Positions 24,767 through 37,757 are shown, counted from the whole stretch's first letter. The stretch is DNA of 63,196 nucleotides, filler included, from Rhabdomonas costata (GCA_019059605.1; 34 parts of 34 records of this genome joined end to end with filler, not necessarily neighbours in it), one strand, 5' to 3'. The notes: generated from the sequence alone by a model not told the origin. A program made the numbers and translations.

Positions 24767-27700
24767 TGAGGTTTTTTGTTTCGGGCTATCTTGTGCATTT
24801 AGTAGTGGCCCGCACGTTACTTCCGCAGTAGGGATGTTTTGGGAATTGGGCTGTGGATTTGATTGGTGATGTGGATCAGGCTCTGGAAGTGGAGTGTTTT
24901 TTGGGATTCGACGGAGATGACGATTTTATTTGGCCATGGGGATTTTGAAATGGTTGGTGGCTTGGAGGGTTGCCATGATGTGTTTAAAACAAACCTATGA
25001 CCGCTTCATGATGTGGCAACTGCGCTGATGGCGGGAACTTGGGAGAAGCCCAGAGGATCGTGTTTTGAGCTTTGGGCGAGGACTCAGGCTGTTTTAGTTT
25101 TTGCCCGTGATGGGATGCGGTCGCTGTTGGAACGAGCAGCTTTTCTGATGCCGTTGATCATTTTTCTCTTCCAGGAAGCGATGCGAGTTGCTCCTCTTTT
25201 GTTTGGTGAGCAAGCGCTTTGTTGTGGTCAGGATTTGCACGATGGATCTAAATTTGACCCCACCCCACCTTCCTCCCGTTCCGCCCTGCCTCCGCACCGC
25301 TTTCGGGTTGTGGGGCACAGTCCGCCAGAACGATGCGGTATGGCGGAAGCGCGAGAAATTGAGGTTTTTTTGTTTCGGGCTATCTCGTGCATTTAGTAGT
25401 GGCCCGCACGTTACTTCCGCAGTAGGGAGGTTTTGGGAATTGGGCTGTGGATTTGATTGGTGATGTGGAACAGGCTCTGGAAGTGGAGTGTTTTTTGGGA
25501 TTCGACGGAGATGACGATTTTATTTGGCCATGGGGATTTTGAAATGGTTGGTGGCTTGGAGGGTTGCCATGATGTGTTTAAAACAAACCTATGACCGCTT
25601 CATGATGTGGCAACTGCGCTGATGGCGGGAGCTTGGGAGAAGCCCAGAGGATCGTGTTTTGAGCTTTGGGCGAGGACTCAGGCTGTTTTAGTTTTTGCCC
25701 GTGATGGGATGCGGTCGCTGTTGGAACGAGCAGCTTTTCTGATGCCGTTGATCATTTTTCTCTTCCAGGAAGCGATGCGAGTTGCTCCTCTTTTGTTTGG
25801 TGAGCAAGCGCTTTGTTGTGGTCAGGATTTGCACGATGGATCTAAATTTGACCCCACCCCACCTTCCTCCCGTTCCGCCCTGCCTCCGCACCGCTTTCGG
25901 GTTGTGGGGCACAGTCCGCCAGAACGATGCGGTATGGCGGAAGCGCGAGAAATTGAGGTTTTTTNNNNNNNNNNNNNNNNNNNNNNNNNNNNNNNNNNNN
26001 NNNNNNNNTTAATTAATTAANNNNNNNNNNNNNNNNNNNNNNNNNNNNNNNNNNNNNNNNNNNNGGGTTTTGGGCTGCGCCCGCCACACTGCTGGAAGAG
26101 GTTGCCGGACAACCAGATTCATCGGGAGTTTTCAGAAGGACCCCTGATGCAGCCGCTGTCGCTTGCGCCAACGTTGCAGCGCAAGAAACCGGCGGCATCC
26201 TCCGCTGTGGCTGAACTGCGGAGGATAATGGAGAAGTTCCCGACTGGGCTGGAGCTTCCTTTTGTAACGTTGTAAGCTGCAAAAGCGTTCATTGGTGTGC
26301 AAGCTGTGAGATTAGCCTGGGCCCTGGAATGCGGTCGTTTCTTTGGGGCCTATTGTGTTTCTTTCGCTGATTTCAAGGCTCCCCTGAGTTCTGGTCATTT
26401 TTGAGGCCTCGGTGTTTTTCGACGCCTTACGCACATTCGTGCCTGTGGTTGCTTTATTATTTGTTCTCGGGAAAAACGGAGGTCTTCGCTTGCCATACCA
26501 AAATGTTGCGCATTTTTTGCCAGTGGCCCGTGCGTGGGCAGCCGATGAGCTACACTTCAGTTCTTTTAACCTGCTATTCTAACGCGATACTAAGAATAGT
26601 AACACCCCAAAACTCAGAAAAACTTGTTCGACCGACATAGTTCAACCTGGAGTCGACAGACCCTGTATAATTGCCATTGTCTTCAGCAAGATGATTCAGC
26701 AAGAAGATTATATGGTTCTGCGACTCCCCTTGCCGTCTTGGCTCGCACCCATATCAAGAGAAGGTCTTGTTTTGCGTTGCTACGCGCCGCAGGCGACAGC
26801 CGCGAGAAAAGTTTCGATTTTTGCCACCCCGGAAATGCTGCCGGGGGGTTGTACTGGTATGTTTTCTGCTTGGGGAGCACTAGACAACAAAAAAACAAGA
26901 ATTCTGTGGTTCTGAGTTTACGCTGTAACGTACTTTATTTTGTATAGTATAACTAAAGCAGGTAACACCCCAAAGTTAGAGAATGATGGAATTCCGATAT
27001 GAAGTTTTTTCTTGGTTCAAGTTACCTGTTCCCCTGTGGCTCCAGGCGCCATGAGGTAGTGTGCCACTATGGCCCCATGTTGCATGCCGATGAGCGGCCT
27101 GTGGGCCACAGGCAGAGATGTTTGAGGATCGAGAGGTTTGTTCAAGTGGCCCCTGCGCAGCCTCGCTTACGGGGTCCTACAGGGGCATCATTTTACAGCT
27201 CGCCGGCAGCTGTCCACTTCCCAGCCATGCAGGCGTTGATGCATCCGCACAAAACAAGCAAGTAGCGGCGCAGTGTCATGGAAAGCAGCCAATATTAGAA
27301 AAAAAGCAGCATCCACGCGGCAATCATTAGTGACGACTGCACAATCTGCAAAAAAAAAACCTACAAGATCTCAGTGAACAAGTTTTTATTGGCAACGCTG
27401 GAACAGGGAGTGGCAAGGATGCGTACGGTAAACTTCGGTGTCGCCCCAACAGAGTCATCTAACGCGTTGTGACGACCCCAGACCAGACCAGCGTGGCTAC
27501 ATGCGACGACGTGATCGCCGAATACGTCAAGAGGTTCCCCACAGTACTCGCACGGAGACCCCGCCGCTTCAGGTGGGAGAAAGGGAATTCCAAAGTGGAA
27601 TTGCAGCAGCAGTCGGTATTCGGCGGCACCGAAGTGATTATTATATAATATGCGATACTATATTTCATAGTCCCCTGCACCCAAGCCATTCTCCGATTCC

Positions 27701-28062
27701 ACCAAAACCCAGCTGCGGCAGATTGGTGCTTCGCGAGCAGTATTCTCGGAGTGTTAGGCTCACCCCTACACATGTGTGTTCTCCCATTTTTTTGTACACC
27801 GTGAAGTGTGACCGTGCACAAAAAACNNNNNNNNNNNNNNNNNNNNNNNNNNNNNNNNNNNNNNNNNNNNTTAATTAATTAANNNNNNNNNNNNNNNNNN
27901 NNNNNNNNNNNNNNNNNNNNNNNNNNTTTTGTTTGTCCCTCGTTTATGTTGTGGTTTCATGCATAAATTATTGTTATCTTCGTTCCACACCGACGGCTGA
28001 GTATCGAGTGCTCCAGTGCCGTTGACAGTTGTTTTTGTTGAGTTCCACAATCCTTTTTTCAG

Positions 28063-29169
28063 GCCGCTGCATTCGTTCCTGCCGCCGCGACGGCAATTGC
28101 CTCGGCCGCTGTTGTGTGTGCAATTCTTATCGCTGATGCGGAGGCCGAGGCAATAGCCTCCGCGCAGGAAGAAGAGCAAGAGGTGCCGGCGGAATCTCCG
28201 GAACAAGGAGAGCCCCCCGCAGCCACTGGGGTGCCCCCTCTTGTGGTGTCCTCGAGGAGGAAGACGACACGCTCGAAGAGCCTGCTGGAGTCCGCCCGGG
28301 GCTGGGCCATGGAGCGGGCCCAGATGGCTCAGCTGCTTCGGGAGGAGGCTGCGCTGCGCGAAGGTGGTACCCCAATACCGGTGGCAGGGTTTCCGAAAAA
28401 GTTGTCATTGGGTCGTCTGAGCTGTTTTCTGAATTTCCCGGCTGTTCGCGTTGGAATATATCTTTTATTTTTTTATCTGCACGCAATCATCAGCCACCGA
28501 TGCTTGTTTTCTGCGGCTACCACAGTGTGCCAGAACTTTTGAGTCATTTTTGTGCGGTTCATGCCGTCTTATCTCGGGACTTCTGGTTGCCACACCCCTC
28601 TCTTGGTAAGCTGAAACCCCGCTAACCTGTTGCCGCTTTCTTCGGCCTTTCTTTTTGGCGGTGTTGGGTACTCGATCTGTTGTACGTAGGGCAGTGTGCT
28701 TTATATCCGATATTTGCATATCAAGCCATTGATCCATGCAGAAAAAATGTCTGCTTGAGCCCCCGCCGCATTTGATCAACTCCACCCAAAATGCGTTCCG
28801 TTTGGTTGAAATCTGAAAGCTAATTTCGTCTTTGTTGTGGACCTGAAGCTCTGGGTCTAGGATTAGGGTGCCTGCAGACCTTCCGCTGTGGTAGTTGTGG
28901 AGTCCCTGTCACTCACGGGCTTTCACTTTTGGCCTCCCCCCCCCCACTCCTTCCGACAGATCTCTGGGCTGCCGAGGCCAGCGCGCGCTCCGCTGTGGTG
29001 TGCCAGGAGTGCGTGGGCCACGCCGAGGCCCTCCGGCGCTCCCTGGCCTGCGAGTTTTTGCGGCAGTTTACCACGGGCGCTGCGCGGGCGCTGGAGGAGT
29101 GGGCTGAGGGGTACCTGGCCCAACTTGCTGAGGGCTTGGGCGCACAGGCCGAACGCCTTCACACCGCAG
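28063..29169 (+). CDS. Two exons of an Ala/Glu-rich helical protein (28063-28363, 28960-29169)
   Basis: ttttcag|GCC...GAA G|gtggta and ccgacag|AT CTC...GCA G|gtttcg join in phase 1: ...QLLREEAALRE|DLWAAEASARSAVVCQE...; GC-rich codons. Confidence 0.65.
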
Positions 29170-31194
29170 GTTTCGGTTTGGGGGTCAAAATGGGGTCAAA
29201 ATCAACGGTGAAGGGGGTAGCAAAAAAATTTTCACATACATCTTGGTTTTGCGTTGGTTGGGATTTTTTTGGAGGTCCTCTGCAGCGGAAATACTCCAGA
29301 CCTGCTCGGGCGTAGCCCTCTAAATCCTTGTTTCCTTTTACAAAACAGTACAACACAGTTGATTTTGGGAAGTGGGCTGTTGCATAAAACATACCAGCTG
29401 GCTTCACCGTCTACTGTCGTTGGCACATTGTCACAGACATAAACTTTCGTTTTCTCCTTATGGCTCGGGAACGTTTCCTTTGATTGACAGTCAGGTTCTC
29501 ATGTACTCGCTGAACGCAAGACTTTCACAAGCATATGAGACTGGTGCCTGGAGTGTGGCGAAGAAGGCACGTGAGGTGAGGTGACATATACAGTGTGGTC
29601 AGAAATTTGTAGAGTGCCCAGATACTAGAACCACGTCACTTTGTTCTAGTCCTTTCCGCGGGGAAAAGGCCACACACACACACAAACANNNNNNNNNNNN
29701 NNNNNNNNNNNNNNNNNNNNNNNNNNNNNNNNTTAATTAATTAANNNNNNNNNNNNNNNNNNNNNNNNNNNNNNNNNNNNNNNNNNNNCAATGGAGCAGT
29801 GCGGGTAGCCGTTGGAAAAGAGCCGCTGCGCGACAAAGACTCGGGACCTGTGGGGCAGAAGGGAGGTTGCCAATGTGGTATGTTCGGCTGTGAGCCGGTA
29901 CCCCACAGCACCGTTCCAAAGCTGCCTCTCGTAAGCGCCTAGGCCAGCAGCGCGTGCGCCAGTCAGTCCACAGTGGTCACCAACAGTCAACCAGGCAACA
30001 GCCAGCGCACAGTGCGCCCAACACACAGACGCGCTATTTTACTAGGCCTGTTCTGTCTATCTTTCTGATATCTTCTACCTTCTCACTCAAAGTTCCTTTG
30101 CATCCCTCAGATGCTGTTTTGGTTCTCCCTTCCTTCCAACTTCCGCCTGTAAATTCTTGTGCATGTGTGTATTGTATTTGTCAGGGCAAGCCGGAGGATG
30201 CTTTTGTTTCGATGGTAGGTTTTATTGCCTCGCTCCACTCATCCGCCTGAGGGGTGGATGCCACTCTCCTCTCCACCGCCGCTGAAGCGGCCCCGCCGTG
30301 GCAGAACCCCACCCCCTCGTCGGCATCGCTCCCCCGGCCGCTCGTACGTGACGGTACAGCTCCCAACCCACTCGATACACCTCGCATCGTTGCAGAATAA
30401 CAAACACAGACTCGGGCACACGTGGCAAATTGTCTGCTGTCTGAATGAAGCGTTTGCTTCCTCAAGCAGTGTGGCAATTTCAGTATGTTGATGTGCCAAT
30501 TCGGAGCTGCTCGCTGCTCTGTAACACCCGCTGGTTCGGATTGCGCTTCCTGGTGTTTTCGGCAGTTTTGGTGAAGTCGTGAAGCCGGTCGCCTGATCGT
30601 GGTGGAGGTTGATTGGTTGATAACAGAAACGTTGTGGAAATCAAATGATCTGGGGAAATAAAGTCATTGAGATTGAGCCGTTCTGTGATGGGTTTCTCTT
30701 TCAGCCTCCAAATCGGCTTCCGCCACCCAGCTACCACGCCTTCGACCCGGCTGAAGCGGGGTTTGCGTTTGCTGGCTTTACATTTTTCACAGAGAACGGC
30801 GTGGCCGTGGCTCGGTGCTTTACTGTATTTGGAATCACGCTTAACCTCAACCCAAAAAAAGGTTTCTGCTCAGAATAGGATTATAGGGATCCTGTAGCGA
30901 GTGTTGTGTGCTAGGGGTTTCAGGGAGATCCTTTCTTGACATCCATCTTTTCATATGTGCAGCTGCATTGTTTTGGTGTGGTTGCGGTTCCAACCTTTTT
31001 TTTCATCTCCAGCAGCGAAATGGCCTCAACTCACAAAAAAACATCGTTGGTGCAGCAAAGCCCTTGTTTGCACATGACGCAAAACCAGGAAGCTTTCTGC
31101 AGCTGTCCTTCCACCCCATAACTTGTCCCGCAAATCCAGAATCATTGCTGTGCGCGCTGTCTCGTTCGTGCTTCGTTCCTTGCTGGGGCCGCAG

Positions 31195-31526
31195 GCTTGA
31201 CCTCTCCTTTCGGCGTCGCGCCGTTCTGGAGATCCCCGAATGGACCTCCCCTCCCCTACCCTCGCGTTCCGACGACTACCCAGACGACCCACACGAGGAC
31301 CAGGAAGGTGTTTACGCAGGGCAGCAGCCCTTCGAGGACCACCATGGGGCCACAGGCAGCGAGTCTGGGGAGGCCCAGGCCCAGGCGCCAGTCCAGTTGG
31401 TGCTGCAGGGTAACGAGGAGGAGGCTCCCAACTTCATCCCCACCTCCTTCGCGGCTGTGCTGGTGGTGGGCAGCGTCAGCCCCGACCTGCACCCTGAGCA
31501 CATCCACAGCGTGTGCTTGCGCTACG
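31195..31526 (+). CDS. Exon of a possible RRM (PTB/hnRNP L-like) RNA-binding protein; possible upstream mini-exon 30185-30214
   Basis: cgcag|...TAC G|gtgcgc. The exon ends VLVVGSVSPDLHPEHIHSVCLRYG (RRM beta1-alpha1-like) and starts RLDLSF (beta4-like). The mini-exon GKPEDAFVSM is RNP1-like. A linking exon was not found. Confidence 0.45.
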
Positions 31527-32211
31527 GTGCGCTGCCTCCCCACCAACACANNNNNNNNNNNNNNNNNNNNNNNNNNNNNNNNNNNNNNNNNNNNTTAATT
31601 AATTAANNNNNNNNNNNNNNNNNNNNNNNNNNNNNNNNNNNNNNNNNNNNTGTGGTGGGTGTGGTTGGGTTGTTGGTGCTTCACGTAAGAAATTCGGTTT
31701 GGTTTGGTTTGGTCCCTTTCTTTGCTCTGTGTTTGCTGTTTGCTGCTTCATGTTAACTGGCCATGTGAAAAGATGTGGCAATTTTGTTTCTGCGTTTCTG
31801 TTTGAAGACACTTGTTACTGCCATTAACCTTGGGTACGGCTTCCAGTCTATCTGGAGGTTGTTCACATGCTTCCTCGTTTGTTCCCACCTTTCGCTTTTG
31901 GCTTTTGGTGAGTGCTCATTCAGCACTCCCTCCCACCACCTCCATCGCCACCATCACAAGTACCAAATGACTGACTTGCTCTCTTCTTCGCTGCTTTCGC
32001 TCTTTTTCAATAAGTTGCCTATTTTTTGAGTTTGGGCTCACATGGGGTTTTGGGCTCAATTGGGACAGTTTGCAGCCAACACCGGTCACTTCAGCAAGTT
32101 GCCAGCTTGAAAATAGCAGGCCTTGGAGTTCTCTGGTGGAACCTGTGATGCAATGCGCGGTGCCTTAGCGGTGTCCCTTTTTCACGGTGTATTTGTGCCT
32201 GCCGTCGCCAG

Positions 32212-33058
32212 GTTGTCGTGATCGGGGCGGGATTTATTGGGCTGGAAATGGTGGAGCAGCTGCACCGCATTGGCAAGCGGGTTCACCTGGTGGAGAAGGC
32301 GCCCGCGGTGCTCCCCCAGGCGGACGAGGAGATGGCGGAGTTCCTCCATGGCCCCCTCATGGAGAAGGTCCACGTCACTGTTGGGGACGGCCTGGCTAGA
32401 TTCGAGCCCATGGACAAGAGCTTGAAGGTGAGCGCGTAGCAGCAGTGAGATAGAGATAGTGTGCAGCAAGCCTCCCAAAAGAAAGAAAAGATAAGGAAGG
32501 TGAGAAAAACGAGTTTTACTGGGGTTTGGGCGTTTTGCAACTTATTTCCCCTCCCCTCCTCGCCACGAAGCATTGTCAGCCGCTTCAACTCAAATCGGAA
32601 TGATTTGCAGTCAGTTTTCCCCCCCGAGCCTCGAGCGTCCCGTGAGGGAACCCTTCGCTCAGCTTTCTCCGACAACATGAAGACCGTGTCTTGTTGATGA
32701 ACAGTCACCGCAAGTTGTTGTAGCGGCCGCCACAAAGCAGAGAACAAGTGCAAGGCGTCTCTCATTTTTTGGGCGACGCGAATATCTTCCTTTGGGGCCA
32801 CGGCTACAGGTGGTTCTCGAGTTGGGGAAAGGGATCGAGGCTGACCTGGCCATCCTGTGCATTGGAGTCAAGCCGGAGTCCCAGCTGGCTCAGGGGGCCC
32901 AGCTCAGCGTCAACCCCCGAGGATACATCGTGGTCAACGAGTTCATGCAGACCAGCGACCCCTGCATCTACGCCGTCGGTGACGTGGTGGAGACCCAGGA
33001 CATGGTGTTCCCAGAGCGCAGGGCCACCGTTGCCCTGGGAAACATCGCCAACATGCAG
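32212..33058 (+). CDS. CoA-disulfide reductase / NADH oxidase family flavoprotein (exons 32212-32427, 32810-33058)
   Basis: VVVIGAGFIGLEMVE (NAD-binding GxGxxG) ...DKSLK|VVLELGKGIEADLAILCIGVKPE...GYIVVNEFMQTSDPCIYAVGDVVE (FAD-binding TxxxxIYAxGD) ...ALGNIANMQ; GT-AG intron in phase 0. Confidence 0.9.
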
Positions 33059-33950
33059 GTCCTCTTCTTTCTCTTTCTGCTCCTCCTTTTTTTTTTTTTT
33101 CGTCCTTCACGTTCATGTTTTCAAGACCTGAGGAGGAGGTGCACCCCGTTCATTTTTCAGCATTGCTGCTTGAAAAATCAAGTGTGTCATGAATCACTCA
33201 ATCTGGAGGGGTTGGAATGAAGCGGGGACACAACTGCATTTTGCGACACTCCCCGACAACGTTTTTAGGGGTACATATGTCAAAGGGTTCTTGAGCCGTG
33301 GACATCGTGGAAAACTGATGCTGACTCCCCCTGAGACATTTCCACCGCACTCGCAGAGGATACGTGCATCACCACAAACCTCTTCAGGGGGGAAGGGGAG
33401 GTCGCAAAATGTNNNNNNNNNNNNNNNNNNNNNNNNNNNNNNNNNNNNNNNNNNNNTTAATTAATTAANNNNNNNNNNNNNNNNNNNNNNNNNNNNNNNN
33501 NNNNNNNNNNNNGTTTGTTTTTGTTCTATTTTGTTGTCCGTTTCTTACTTTCGCATACAGAGGGTTTGTGTGCAGTGCGGAAGGAGAGGCTCTTCTCCTT
33601 TCCTCCGTCTTCTATTACTCTACTACCTAGCTGTCTCGAATTCAATCTTCTCCACATTCTCTTCAACATCAATTAAGTTCAGAGGCTGTCACTGAAAGAA
33701 GGCAGTTCTCAAAATGTTCGATTCATTGATTCAGCTTCGCATCATATGTGCTCATTCAAAGAGAATAGCGTTGCCTGCAGTTTCTGCTTTTTTCCTCATC
33801 ATTTACTGGCATTGAAAACTTTCTTTTTGGTCTTGTTATTTAAATCGCATTCCTCCCATGTGCGGTCTGTGCAGATCTTTGTAGCCTCAGCACACCACTG
33901 AGCTGGACACAGCTGACCGCCCCGCGGTGTCCCTTACGGCCCCGCGACAG

Positions 33951-35274
33951 TGTGTTCTACTACGGGGTAGGCTTTGGCGGGGCCTTCGGGACCGATCCTA
34001 GCCTCAACGGCGTTCTGAATGTCCCCGCCAACGGCTCTGTGCGGGGAATGATCCGCCGCTTCGCCGTGGGAGACGGGGAGGGGCCCCTGGCCTATCCCAT
34101 CCCTGCGGAATACGACAACTTCACCAACCGAGTGGCTGGGCTGGACGGGCTGTACTACCCCTTCGTCAGTGTCAACGGGAGCTCGGTGGCGGAGGTTGAC
34201 AATGACCTGACCCGGCGCCTAGCTGAGCTTCGCAACCAAGCCTACTCCCGCCAAGGGAAGTCCCGCAGCACCTTCGCCCCGATGGACTACACTAGCCTTC
34301 CGTCGGGGGGTTTTGAGATGGGGCCGATGGACTCCAACCAGTGGAGGTGCTCACATGCCCACGCATGAAGTAAGCTGCTCCCCGGAAGCAAGTTTCGGGG
34401 GATGTGACTTTTGGTTTTGTGCTCTCTCAAAGCGTACAACGTAGAAAACAAACGTTGAGTCGGTGAAAACAAAAAATTGCTCAAACTTCTCATTAAATCA
34501 CGTGAAATATGGGCGAGGCCTAGCGTCCTCACCTCGCTGTGGCTGTGGACGCTTCCGGCTTGCGGAATGATGCGCCGTTGTCTTGGAAGGGAAGCCTTGC
34601 CGTGAAGAACAGCACTCTCGCCAATTTTTGCTAAATAGAAATAGGGCTTTGCGGGTTGCCTGTTACGCAGCAAAGTGCCGTTGTCACAGGTGGTTCCCCT
34701 GGAGTCTTCGAATCGGAATTGGAGGGTGGTGGCGTGGTTGCGCAGGTACGTGATCCGAGTGAACCACTACACCCAGCAGTACATGAATCCCCCTGTGGGG
34801 TGCACCGGGGTCCCCACACAGATAGTGACGGCCAATGCCCTAATCGCAGCCATGACTGCGGTGTGCATGGGCAAGCTGTGTCTGAATGGGTGTATTTTCG
34901 GATACTTTTTGAAGATTTTTATGCTGAAAATTATACTTTGACATCTAAGCATCAGCAACAGAAGGAAGGGTTCGGAAGGATTGAGGCTTTTTTGCTTTTG
35001 TCCGAACAGATTGATCCTCCGCCCAGACTCGATGCTCCGCGGAAGCCCTCGAAGTAGACGATGTGATGCTGTGGTGAGTCATGGGATACAATCTCCACCA
35101 TTCTGTCCCCGGGTTTGTGTGCGTGTGTCCGGCCAGGTCATCATGGAAGCCAAGGGGTTCCTCCTGAAGACTGGGCTGGTGGGAATGGCCTACCTGAACC
35201 AGCCCTCCGACATCAACCTGATGGAGACCCTGGGGTCGTTCTTCTTTCCGATCATCTTCATCTTCCCCATCCCT
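33951..35274 (+). CDS. Membrane protein, probably ABCA-subfamily transporter ectodomain into TM2 (exons 33951-34346, 34746-34860, 35137-35274+)
   Basis: Phase-compatible GT-AG exons. An ectodomain rich in N-glycosylation sequons (NGS, NFT) is followed by GLVGMAYLNQPSDINLMETLGSFFFPIIFIFPIP, resembling the ABCA ECD1-TM2 junction. No ATPase motif is present in the contig. Confidence 0.55.
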
Positions 35275-35829
35275 NNNNNNNNNNNNNNNNNNNNNNNNNN
35301 NNNNNNNNNNNNNNNNNNTTAATTAATTAANNNNNNNNNNNNNNNNNNNNNNNNNNNNNNNNNNNNNNNNNNNNGGTGGTTGTGCCCCTACCAAATTACC
35401 GGTAAGCATTGGCACTGCGGCAAGAACAACACTGCCGGGACCACCACACAGCTGCTAGAGTGTAGTGTCTCTGGTCACACAAGGCCATGTGAAGTGCTCC
35501 AACCTGTGGTCTACGTCAATGGCTCAACCTATGCCACTCGGTTTCACGTGAGAGCCTACGCTTGAGCAACATGTGCCGTTCGCGTATAGCATTCGTGTCA
35601 TCTTCTCCGAGTGGCCTTCTACGAAACGTACTCCTACGTTGCCAACGTCATAATGTGGCGGCGGATTGTGTGCCTATAATGCCGTACCATTTGTGTGGTG
35701 GTTCGTGTTTGTTTTAATAGAAACCACGGCTCTCAGATGCTTCCAGGTGGTGTTACAACATAATCTCAACTTGATATGACAGTCTCATTAAATCTTCAAT
35801 GGTCTCCTCACGTGACATCACGTAAGACG

Positions 35830-37129
35830 TCTAAGAAACAAAGGCAGACACAATTCCAGAAATACACACACCACAGAAACCGTCCCTCCACTCCACGCTA
35901 ATCCTCACCCACCACGACGGAAGAGCAAACTCACCACCATCACACTCCACACTAACTATCCATCTCCTCAAAACCACACCCACCTACTCACCTCACATGC
36001 AATCCAGAACGCCAAGACCACACACGTCACCACCACCTTGAACCACACATCCCTCCACTCCACAGTCCTCCACCACACCGCACACACCACCATTCTATAG
36101 CATCCACACACACCACAACCTCCAAAAACTCTACCTCCACAACATACAGCACCGGATACACAAACACCAACACCTACACCTCCTACAGCATCAGCACCAA
36201 CGCCATCCAACTCCTACGCCAATACCCTACGTACCAACAAAAAATGAGAACACACGCAAGAGACCCAACCCCGAAACAAATGCCAACACCAGAGTACAAA
36301 TTTTGGGGTGCAAAGTCGGACAGAAAAGGACGTAGCAGCAGAGAAAGAAACACAGCAGCAGATACAGACAGATTCAGCACCAACAGGAAGGCCACCATTG
36401 TAGAGAGTGTACAGAATCCAACATGCAACAAATCCACCAAGCGAAACCGAGGCCACGTCAATCGCTACAAAAAAACGCATAAAGTACATCAAACCAAATC
36501 ACACGCACTGGAGACAAAACACGACCTAACCCACCCACCCAGCACCATCTCACCACCACCACCACCAATGGCGACACACTACTCCGAAGACGCAAAAAAC
36601 CACTACGACAACACAGCAAGCTCCGTCACCTAAACGTACACCAACCAACTCCGACCCACAATCATACAAATCACATGGAGTACGCAAATATTCCAACACT
36701 CCAAAACAACAAAAACAACAGCGCAATACACCACCGCACCAATGAAGCCACACACGTACGAAACCCACACCCATGCACTACAGAACCACAAGCACCCTCC
36801 CAATCAATGGACACAACACAAAAACGACCACACTCCAGCACTGGCACCACCCATCGTATCTAACACACCCAGCAACCAAGAAGACACATGACCACCAACG
36901 CACTCTCCATACTCCGCAACACCGACACCCCCACCAGCACCCACCAACACACCACATGTACCATATGCCTACCATGTACAACCAGTGGAACCAAAATCAC
37001 TGTCATACAGAACACCATCGTAGAATGCGTAAACGTAAACGCAGGAAGGCCCACACAACAACACAAGCACCACACTACATCTCCTTGCATAGATCGTCTA
37101 CACAACATCAAAGCACACGCAAACCCCAC
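35830..37129 (+). mobile_element. Strongly A/C-skewed tract, possibly a decayed non-LTR retrotransposon
   Basis: The plus strand is markedly depleted in G and T over 1.3 kb. Broken frames give IPYVP...EYKFWG (KYLG-like) and CTIC...RLHNI. Motif matches are weak. Confidence 0.3.
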
Positions 37130-37757
37130 NNNNNNNNNNNNNNNNNNNNNNNNNNNNNNNNNNNNNNNNNNNNTTAATTAATTAANNNNNNNNNNNNNNN
37201 NNNNNNNNNNNNNNNNNNNNNNNNNNNNNGGGTGTGGGTTGCTCAAAGCTATTATGCCCCTCCAGCTCTTTTTGCTTTGAATTTATCAAGTCAGTCCACC
37301 CCAGCGAAATAGGCACCACCATGAAAAAGGCCGCTTTGTGTTATACACACGTACACACACGCATCAGCTGTTGGTACACTTGGGGCGCTGCCGGTGTGCC
37401 AAGTGCAAACCAGCATTCCATCCCACTTCGGTGCAAGCGTGAAGTACTCGTGGCCCCTAACGTTCGGTTTTCCTAGCAGTCCCGGGCGAAAGGGTTGTGG
37501 GAAGTCTCCCAGCGAATGGTATGAAGATTTGAGTCGAGCCCCCATTACCGGTGACCCCCGACGACTGGTGCAAGTCTGGAGGCAATCAGTAGAGTATTGT
37601 TGCCCCCGAACGACAAAAAGAGAAATTCATGTTCGGACGCGTGTACCTCCGTTGGTGGCAGTCACCTGCCCGCTCTTCTTCAGTTCCTTGCTTCCTAGGC
37701 TTTTTCCTTTCCCCACATCAACTTCGCACCCGGAAACCATATGCCCGACCCGCGCAG

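Larger units (their letters stand above)
24200..25964 (+). repeat. Tandem array of a 593-594-bp unit, about 3 near-identical copies filling the whole contig
   Basis: The unit start GTGCATTTAGTAGTGGCCC recurs at 24200, 24793 and 25387. Copies differ by a handful of substitutions and one T-run indel. Confidence 0.98.

Noticed and set aside
24200-25964. SL-RNA/5S rRNA repeat (the unit size of ~0.6 kb is suggestive)
   Set aside because: No 5S rRNA sequence is recognisable on either strand, and the SL-like TTTTTTGTTTCG is followed by GG, not a GT donor.
24420-26020. Repeated ORFs MATALMAG... in the tandem array
   Set aside because: They have non-ATG starts, no recognisable domain, and a frameshifting T-run indel between copies. 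ncRNA boxes explain the unit better.
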